From positions 1-31,940 of IMG/VR virus record IMGVR_UViG_3300030708_001387: 31,940 nucleotides of DNA, one strand, 5' to 3'. This DNA comes from a virus. Lineage: Duplodnaviria; Caudoviricetes. Positions 25,801-31,940 of this stretch are shown piece by piece. Numbering within the stretch: position 1 is the first letter of the stretch; each line of letters starts with the position of its first letter. Under the pieces are notes generated by a model, which worked only from the letters and a program-made list of their open reading frames with translations, did no database searches and was not told the DNA's origin. The position numbers and the translations under genes are program-made.

Positions 25801-28356
25801 GGTTATGATGTTGACATGGTCCCTGTAAAAAGTGCAAGTAGTATGTTAAGCACTGAAGAAGAGGTCGTGTCACCGCATGCAAGTTTAGCGAGTTTACTTA
25901 TCGCATCAAAGAAGCGAATTGACCCAACAATGTCACATGAGGCAGTCATTGAAACTCTTGGTTTTCCTGATGATGAGATTCATCGTGAAGTTGCATCACG
26001 TGTTCTTGACCAAGCGACTGATGCATCTCAACAAGGAAAAGTATTCTTTGCAATGAATCATGGAGATATTCTTGCCTCCGGTGCTATTCCCGGTGTATCT
26101 CAAATACATCAAGGAGTAGAAAATCATCATGATGAATTAGAAAGATTCTATGACGAAAATATTAGAGGTCTAAGGAAAAAAGACCACAAAAAAGTTATGG
26201 CGCCTATTAGGAGCGCTTTAACAAATCTGACAGTATTACATAATCCAACTTTTAGTGCTGAGAAGGAAAGGTATGGTGTTGAAAAAATTCCGTTTACAGA
26301 CATGACCAATAAGAAATATAGCGGCAAAAAAAATCAATTTGGGCCTACTGGAAACGCGTATAAAACACATTATATGAATAAACTAAAGTCACAGATACAT
26401 GATGTTTTTAGTGTCTCTCTCGATGAGCCTACTTTGAATAATATTCAGAATCCTGAGATTACACCTGAGCAAATGGTCCAACAGGCTGGCTGGAGAAGCG
26501 ACCGGAAAATTACTCCTGCTTGGTCTACAGATGGAGAAGGAGTTCAAGACGCCTACATATCCGGTATGTTAGATTCAGGTAGAGAATATAATCCGACAGT
26601 AGGGTTTGAGTTTGGCACAGGGCAACCAGTTGCTGGCACTGCAACAGCAGGTCAACCTCGTCGTCTCCCCACACCATCTCTTGAGTTCATGAATACTATA
26701 GGAGGCGAAGATTTTCACAATCAAATTATGCAAACTGGGTATACACACCCTGAGGAAAACATACCAGCGTTAACCACTAATCCTTTCGGGCAAGCACACA
26801 ATGATGACCCAACTAATATCGCTTTGAGTGAAGATGATACTTTAGCGGTTCTAATGAATCCCGATGTTCTTCTCAAAGCAAGTGAAGGTAAGCCACCCCC
26901 TATCTTCCCTATGCACCGTATCTTTTCTATCAAGGACTTTGATGCGCTACGTGGCTTTAGTGGTGAATGGGCTGTTTCATCTTATCCCGGTGGACAACGT
27001 ATGATTGTTCAGCGCAAGAGCAACCAAGTTTCAGCCTATGATGAAAATGGAGAATCAGTCCCTCTTACTGATAATGAGAGAAAGTATTTCCGTAAGATTG
27101 GCGAAAAGAACTTCTTGGTGGATGCGGCAAGAACAGAGGATGAGATTCATATCATTGACATTATAGAATATGATAATACCAATGTTGCTGACATGAATGT
27201 GCGTGAGCGCCTTAAGGTTCTTCGTGGACAATTTGATAGTCACGAAACTGTCCTTGTTCCCGGTCCTCACAACTTACGTTTGACTGACCATGAAGGTTTA
27301 GATAACGCTGTAAAGGACATGACGGAATCTCATCCACAAGTTCTACTTCGTGATGCAACCTCTACATATATGCGTGGAGAGCGTCGCCATCCGAAGTGGT
27401 TTGTTCTTCGTCCTGACAAGAACATCCCATTCATTATCCTCGATGTTCGTGGTAAGGGGCCATACACATATCGTCTTGGTGCTGGTCCTCTTGATGCAGA
27501 AGGTTTCGGTAATCGTGGCGTTGAGTATGAGGGTGAATCTTACCTTGATGTTGGAACAGTGCGAAGCCCAAAGGCGTTTGAAGAGGGCGAAATCGTTAGC
27601 GTTGGTGTTTCCGGCGTTCGCTCTCACAAGCGCAATGGTTCTACTATCTATACAGTAACACCCACTAAGATACGAGGAGAATGTGAAAGTGCAGCATCCA
27701 GCCTTGAGACACTCTCACTTCTAACTAAGTCCCACCCAATCATCCCTGTAGAGTATTCGATGAAGATTGAAGATGAGCGTATCATCTTATCTTTCCCTGA
27801 GTTGGATGATGTCATCTACAAGATGGAACAGCACCGTGCTGGGCGTTGGGTTCACAGTCCTGTGTCCTCACTTGGAGAACTTATGAAATCAGAATACCCC
27901 ACTTTGTTGGCAGAAAGCGTTCGTCCATTGTGGTCTGAGGCTGTTGCGTTGATGGTAAAGGGTGTAAAGGCTCGTAGTATGACTGACCCTAAACACCGCG
28001 AGCGCTCAGAAAAAGAATCGGCTGGTGTCATCGACGCTGATGATGATGCGAATATCCTCAAACCTCAGAAAGCCGAGGCCATGGTAAAGACGCTTCTTCG
28101 TATCGCTGACCTTGTAGACCGTATAGAGAAAGAGAAGATGAGTGGGAGAACCAGTGCTCAGGGCCTTGGTATCTTTGGAGATGGGGTAGAATCTCCACGT
28201 GGCCCAACGCGCCTTACATCTGAACAATCCATGCCTGATTGGGACATGCTGGAGCGCCCTACAGAAGACCCCGAAGAGGAATATCCCGGTGCTGCTGAGA
28301 AACGCAAAAAAGCCGAGCAGTATGACGAAATTGAAGTTGGCGATGCAGGGCCTTGA
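22831..28356 (+). CDS. 1841-aa virion-associated protein with a C-terminal degenerate ATP-dependent ligase-like (NTase + OB) domain
   Basis: From about 26880 the sequence follows ligase motif order: WAVSSYPGGQR, FLVDAA, IIDII, ERLKVL, QVLLRDATSTYMRG, KWFVLR, followed by an OB-like region. Confidence 0.7.
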   Translation: MREDAVDTYIRSRGELLKSILDGADYDLSVGNYIAAQINLERHGYVIEKTTDDLLCDYVVRKELSDEQLAQIEALRAEAQGADLETKFQISDKIREIELSAEGKEKKEEEGDVKERKFRFRRGAEFVVPNHTWTNGYDEHSLEDSHALWPNAPFDELRSHGGDKHPMMETVHPHLQKNHVTGYPNWIQTLHDFYLPSEKGGESLSQRYAYHESAEDKYHRKKDHGLVNGEDREDVMTGKMVKHQPYLGPLEQSGALSHLHDIYERNYHDWKESNPKIVDEITKENPITEDHEFLLRQMHFKEAAEGWMNEDKNINFTMGDYAKGTDIYDLSEEEMAGYNIRGSLGHKGYLFGLEFLKPKQRHLVMRHLHEKGSDAHDAQVIDIGDGQKLSMGRIKRNIAQRFTPEFLHYQRSTHISGPNMHPTHVESDKDHPKAVEMASALHMIPALYTHEMEDGRVAAEHLLDGINNHLYGGDEEDEEGNRIHLSDLPDLGKIAVYNKEAQKMVDDGIVDTVGDGIRNILRREDGGSVFSNHKQLLNMVGYNESLDTAHESNAHPIFPDFDQPFLSKDTMEEVMKIAGKMGDKAFVAKDIRNGDSFHYLGVNGPRLEDIDPDFRDAWLIGPDGHPVGLSAHFARTFQEQGGRGRSPLSLLQIMHQSLPKDDAGFSLIGRIGPNGMFEPNQKTLGLFGRYLPILSDKHNHELFGSHGIQSLWESTSPQQLKGGKNPRTLKNRAGESRSNFSKSYANKTHGKTQKSINAEFGQATTKAKDSRLWGKGFFSTEPLMAIGGMGQKATQTINNARNAHARKTAFGHVAPPHKPNKTGVLTRLQMMRLDEEKLSHGDAGRFGEHQNFSGKRQEEMDLSSEEIESMEAQMDVLIRNIDESKNADEKKKFQEELHELERNYENLTGLRERGQSITSHFKDYDNKRNADKDAIFNMAKILKPIMEEADPTAFDTSNPEKAMSNMAALLQDANRALLSLPHEAHGLTTYGYDVDMVPVKSASSMLSTEEEVVSPHASLASLLIASKKRIDPTMSHEAVIETLGFPDDEIHREVASRVLDQATDASQQGKVFFAMNHGDILASGAIPGVSQIHQGVENHHDELERFYDENIRGLRKKDHKKVMAPIRSALTNLTVLHNPTFSAEKERYGVEKIPFTDMTNKKYSGKKNQFGPTGNAYKTHYMNKLKSQIHDVFSVSLDEPTLNNIQNPEITPEQMVQQAGWRSDRKITPAWSTDGEGVQDAYISGMLDSGREYNPTVGFEFGTGQPVAGTATAGQPRRLPTPSLEFMNTIGGEDFHNQIMQTGYTHPEENIPALTTNPFGQAHNDDPTNIALSEDDTLAVLMNPDVLLKASEGKPPPIFPMHRIFSIKDFDALRGFSGEWAVSSYPGGQRMIVQRKSNQVSAYDENGESVPLTDNERKYFRKIGEKNFLVDAARTEDEIHIIDIIEYDNTNVADMNVRERLKVLRGQFDSHETVLVPGPHNLRLTDHEGLDNAVKDMTESHPQVLLRDATSTYMRGERRHPKWFVLRPDKNIPFIILDVRGKGPYTYRLGAGPLDAEGFGNRGVEYEGESYLDVGTVRSPKAFEEGEIVSVGVSGVRSHKRNGSTIYTVTPTKIRGECESAASSLETLSLLTKSHPIIPVEYSMKIEDERIILSFPELDDVIYKMEQHRAGRWVHSPVSSLGELMKSEYPTLLAESVRPLWSEAVALMVKGVKARSMTDPKHRERSEKESAGVIDADDDANILKPQKAEAMVKTLLRIADLVDRIEKEKMSGRTSAQGLGIFGDGVESPRGPTRLTSEQSMPDWDMLERPTEDPEEEYPGAAEKRKKAEQYDEIEVGDAGP

Positions 28357-28398
28357 TGCCGCTTTATTAATATAGATGAACAATGAGTGGTGGGGTGT

Positions 28399-29793
28399 GT
28401 GCTTCGACAACCGGAACGACTCAGTGGTCTTTCACTCCTCAAGGGGAGTTCAGACCTCGTGGTCGCAGGATATGCCTCAGTTGAACTGGTCGACAAGCAG
28501 GGAGATTTGATAACGCGCTCGGCTTTGAAAGATGCTTTCAAGAAATTCATGACAGAGCCAAAATATCGCAATGTTCAACTCGCGCACTCAAATATTCAAG
28601 TTGGAGAAGTAATACCAAATTATACAGACACAGAAGGGAGGATGTGGAAAAGCGAAGTTGATGACGCCGGAATGTTCGTCGTAGTCCAACTGAGAAATGA
28701 TATCGAAAAGGCACGAGAAGTCGCAGCCGAAGTAAGAAAAGGAAATCTCACAGGATTCAGTATTGGAGGACAAGCATTCAAGCGCGTAAATAAGAGCGAT
28801 AATACTCACGGCTCATACCAAGAAATCAGCAAACTGGAACTACACGAAATCACAATCTGCGAAAAAGGAATAAACCCGGAAGCGACATTCAAGATATTGA
28901 AAGAAGATAAAAACAACAAGGTGACAAAAATGACCGACGATGTAATGGAACAAATGAACAGCGTTCTCGAACGCTTAGAAGGACGATTGGACTCGATGGA
29001 GAAAGGTGAAATGCCACCCGGACTCAAAGAGCACATGAAAGACAAGAAGGGCGACGAGAAGAAAGAAGACAAGGATGACGCCGAGAAAGGCGTGCATGCT
29101 AAAATGAAGGACGAGGAAAAGATGTATGGTAAGATGGAAGACGAGGATGATAAGAAGAAGTCCGATGAGTTCTCTGATGTTATCACTGCTGAATACCTCG
29201 ACTGGATGGAGAACACTCTCAAATCCGCTGGTGTAGACACCGCAGAGGCTCGCATGCACTTCGACAATCTTGCTAAGGCTAACCTCGGCTCTACTCCTGA
29301 ATCCATTGGAGACGGTGCTGACTACTTCGCTGCTCAGGTAAAGGGCCGTGCTCAAGAAAGCGGCTCCCCTTCCACTAACGCTATTTCACGCGCTGGTCTT
29401 GGAAGTGGTGGAGAAGTTACCAAGGGTGATTTCCTAACATCTGTAGACCCAGCATCTGCTGAAGAAGCATACGCTGTCTTCAAGGCTGCAAAGCAGGAAG
29501 AAGAACTTCGCAAGGCACTTGAGGGTAACTTCGAGGCTCGCTACGCTGAAGAGCGCACTGCTGAAATCACAAAGGCTCAGGCTCAAGAATTTGATGCCCG
29601 TGGTCCTCTTAGTGAAGTCATGAAGGCTCTTGACGCTCTGAATGAGCGCATTGACAACATTGGCTCATCTGTTGAATCCTCAACTATTGCAAAGGCTGAC
29701 AGTCCTTCCATCGAGGTGCCTTCTACGGCTGACCTCGCCAACATGAGTTGGGAAGAAGTTCACCGCCTCGCAGGAGGATTGTTCACTGAGTGA
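28399..29793 (+). CDS. Prohead maturation protease (HK97/XkdF-like) fused to scaffold
   Basis: VVAGYASVELVDKQGD, catalytic His (QLAH) and Ser (GFSIGG), and LHEITICEKGINPEA, followed by an acidic coiled-coil scaffold. TAATATAG at 28368-28375 supports GTG 28399 (track start 28387). Confidence 0.9.
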   Translation: MLRQPERLSGLSLLKGSSDLVVAGYASVELVDKQGDLITRSALKDAFKKFMTEPKYRNVQLAHSNIQVGEVIPNYTDTEGRMWKSEVDDAGMFVVVQLRNDIEKAREVAAEVRKGNLTGFSIGGQAFKRVNKSDNTHGSYQEISKLELHEITICEKGINPEATFKILKEDKNNKVTKMTDDVMEQMNSVLERLEGRLDSMEKGEMPPGLKEHMKDKKGDEKKEDKDDAEKGVHAKMKDEEKMYGKMEDEDDKKKSDEFSDVITAEYLDWMENTLKSAGVDTAEARMHFDNLAKANLGSTPESIGDGADYFAAQVKGRAQESGSPSTNAISRAGLGSGGEVTKGDFLTSVDPASAEEAYAVFKAAKQEEELRKALEGNFEARYAEERTAEITKAQAQEFDARGPLSEVMKALDALNERIDNIGSSVESSTIAKADSPSIEVPSTADLANMSWEEVHRLAGGLFTE

Positions 29794-29827
29794 ACAGGAA
29801 TTGAATTAAAAAAGAGAGATGATTAAA

Positions 29828-31000
29828 ATGGCACGAAACTACGTTAGAACAGTTACAGACATGGAGCGCTACTACTATGGCGCTGGAAATGCAATGGGAT
29901 ACACCTACAGTGGTAGTGAACTATTGAAGGCTGACAGCCCAATGCTATCCTCAACTGCTGGAACCTACCAAGCAATCTACGGTCGCAAGGTATGGAGCCA
30001 GTTGAACCAAGAGTTCAACGCTTTCTCAATCCTACCAAAGCGCCCATGGGACCGCAGTGGTTGGAGAGTTATCACAGAGAAGCCAAACGCTGGTGTTGTC
30101 CACGGTGGACTACCTGAGAACGGCGTTCTTCCTGACACTGTAAAGCCTACCTTCCAGCACGTCGCTGCAAAGCCTAAGACCATTGCTCACTCATTCGATG
30201 TGAGCGAAGTCGCTGTGTTCCTTGCAGACAAAGACGATGGATTGGGCGACATGCGTGCAGTCCTAAAGGAAGAAATGGGTAAGCACCATGCTGAGATGGT
30301 CAACAAGATGCTACTAACTGACTCCGATACAGTCGCAGGAAACAACTTCGAGTCCCTTGACCGAATCACTGGAAACGACGGTGGTTCCTCCGGTGGAACT
30401 ACTTCCATGGAAACTGGCTCAGCATCCGCAGACCACTGTGGTGCAAATGACCTCGACATCTACAGCATTGACCGAAGTGCAAACTCATGGTCCAATGCTG
30501 TCGTCAACTGTGGCACTGACCAAGATTCAGCCAACCGCAGAACTTTCTCCCTCGACCAACTGGACGATGTGTTTCAGAGAATGTGGGAACTTGGTGGAAA
30601 CCCTAAGGTTATGCTAACTGGATATGACACTCTAATGCGCCTACAGCAGTTGCTACAGGCACAGCAGAGATTCATGGAAGAGAAGCGCGTTACACCAACC
30701 TACAACGGTGTAAAGGGTGTTCCCGGTATCGAAGCCGGTTTCATCGTCGCTACCTACAACGGTGTTCCAATCATTCCATCCAAGGACGTTGAGAAGGACG
30801 GCATCAGCCGAGTTTACTTCCTCGACACGGACTACCTTTACTTCTCCACGGCAATCCCGACTCAATACTTCGAGTCCGGTATCGAGACAGGCGACCCGTT
30901 CGCTATCAACCGTCTCGGTCAGGAAGGGCTATACCGAACCATGGGTGAGGTATGGACTACCTTCTTCCGCGCACAAGGGAGCATTAGGGACTTGTCCTGA
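29828..31000 (+). CDS. Major capsid protein (HK97 fold)
   Basis: Follows the protease-scaffold, about 390 aa, VATYNGVPIIPS strand, and strong C-ending codon bias typical of high expression. Confidence 0.9.
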   Translation: MARNYVRTVTDMERYYYGAGNAMGYTYSGSELLKADSPMLSSTAGTYQAIYGRKVWSQLNQEFNAFSILPKRPWDRSGWRVITEKPNAGVVHGGLPENGVLPDTVKPTFQHVAAKPKTIAHSFDVSEVAVFLADKDDGLGDMRAVLKEEMGKHHAEMVNKMLLTDSDTVAGNNFESLDRITGNDGGSSGGTTSMETGSASADHCGANDLDIYSIDRSANSWSNAVVNCGTDQDSANRRTFSLDQLDDVFQRMWELGGNPKVMLTGYDTLMRLQQLLQAQQRFMEEKRVTPTYNGVKGVPGIEAGFIVATYNGVPIIPSKDVEKDGISRVYFLDTDYLYFSTAIPTQYFESGIETGDPFAINRLGQEGLYRTMGEVWTTFFRAQGSIRDLS

Positions 31001-31032
31001 TGGAGAACAGAGAAATAAGGAGATGATGAAAA

Positions 31033-31482
31033 ATGGCACACAGCAACTTAACAGTAACGACCACCTACTTGGATATCCCAATGGCTGGAAACAGCCCCGG
31101 TGCGCCAGCATCGGTCCCTGACGCTGACGGCACTGTTGGCGACAACACCGCATGGCTATCCGGCACAGCAGCAGCAGGAACTTACCCCGGTGCTCTCACA
31201 GGATTCCAAGCAGCGAACTCCAGTAGCAACTCACCCGTTTCAGGACTACGCATGATTTCAGTCATGGTCACTGGTGATACAGGAACAACTCAGAAGTTCG
31301 ATGTAAACGCGTATGATAGTTCATTGAGCAAGATTTACGCGGTTCTTTCGCTTATCAACAATACCGACACTAATGAGTCACTATTAGCGGCTGCTACAAC
31401 TGTAGCACACGAAGATGGTGAACTAACCTTCACAGTCGGTGACGCTACAGACACGACTCTGATTACGCTAATCGCTGGTTGA
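31033..31482 (+). CDS. Putative capsid decoration/minor structural protein
   Basis: Thr/Ala/Gly-rich beta-type sequence immediately downstream of the MCP. Confidence 0.55.
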   Translation: MAHSNLTVTTTYLDIPMAGNSPGAPASVPDADGTVGDNTAWLSGTAAAGTYPGALTGFQAANSSSNSPVSGLRMISVMVTGDTGTTQKFDVNAYDSSLSKIYAVLSLINNTDTNESLLAAATTVAHEDGELTFTVGDATDTTLITLIAG

Positions 31483-31494
31483 AGGTGTATCTTA

Positions 31495-31881
31495 ATGCCT
31501 ATCGTGACTTACATTGGTCGTTCTCATACTCGTCGGGCTACAGACCCGAAGATGCCTGATTGGGAACAGAATCGACCAGTCGAAGTAACAACCGCATGGG
31601 TTGATAGATACGCTGCTCGTCTCGATGAGGTTAACTTCCGCATCGAAGGCTGGACTGCAACAGAGGCAGAGGAGCGAAGTGAAGACCTTGGTAATGATGG
31701 TATACCTGATGAGAAATGGTCCCGTAAGGATATTCAAGGCTGGTTGGCTACTTATGATATCAAACCTAAGGGCTACGCAACCAAGTCCACACTACTCGAA
31801 CTCGTAGCAACTGTTATGAGTCCCGACGGAGTGGCAGAGACAGAAGAACTCGTAGCCGAGTCCGCAGAAGAAGAAGAGTGA
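31495..31881 (+). CDS. Hypothetical protein with an HeH/SAP-like module
   Basis: WSRKDIQGWLATYDIKPKGYATKSTLLELV fits a helix-extended-helix module. SD AGGTG upstream. Confidence 0.6.
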   Translation: MPIVTYIGRSHTRRATDPKMPDWEQNRPVEVTTAWVDRYAARLDEVNFRIEGWTATEAEERSEDLGNDGIPDEKWSRKDIQGWLATYDIKPKGYATKSTLLELVATVMSPDGVAETEELVAESAEEEE

Positions 31882-31886
31882 TTTGA

Positions 31887-31940
31887 ATGGCAGTAACTAT
31901 TGACCCCCGACCTACCTATTTTGGTGACCGAATGATTGTA
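31887..31940 (+). CDS. 5' end of the next structural gene (partial)
   Basis: ATG 31887 gives MAVTIDPRPTYFGDRMIV and stays open to the window end. Confidence 0.55.
   Translation, partial: MAVTIDPRPTYFGDRMIV

Noticed and set aside
26880-27740. Active DNA ligase
   Set aside because: The motif I Lys and other catalytic residues are substituted.
4652-30455. Additional TGACCTC 7-mers inside coding sequence (for example near 4652, 6140, 22908, 29730, 30449)
   Set aside because: About four are expected by chance on two strands of 32 kb. They lack the leading G and the promoter context.

Overview
This window is the head-morphogenesis (late) region of a tailed archaeal dsDNA virus. It is most consistent with a magrovirus-like virus of Marine Group II/Poseidoniales archaea; this host and taxon call comes from archaeal promoter/SD signals, gene order and recalled capsid similarity, not from a search. 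Almost all genes lie on the + strand. Recognisable core genes are a probable small terminase (8567), large terminase (14719), portal (19632), prohead protease-scaffold (28399) and HK97-type major capsid protein (29828). Beyond the core, five things stand out. (1) Ten copies of a peptide tag, roughly S-[AP]-F-x-x-A-W-x-[hydrophobic]-[LIM]-K, precede unrelated cargo domains (GNAT, basic marine-virus domains, Zn ribbon, acidic modules). Head proteins also carry pervasive hydrophobic-hydrophobic-Lys junctions, suggesting a Lys-specific capsid-targeting and polyprotein-processing system. (2) A GTGACCTC DNA motif sits at a fixed 43-44 bp upstream of leaderless starts and recurs inverted in front of a wHTH-LAGLIDADG gene. 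(3) An operon encodes an Arf-like small GTPase flanked by membrane proteins. (4) A 1841-aa protein ends in a catalytically degenerate ATP-dependent ligase fold. (5) There is a viral HMG-CoA lyase. No tRNA, rRNA or CRISPR array was recognised.
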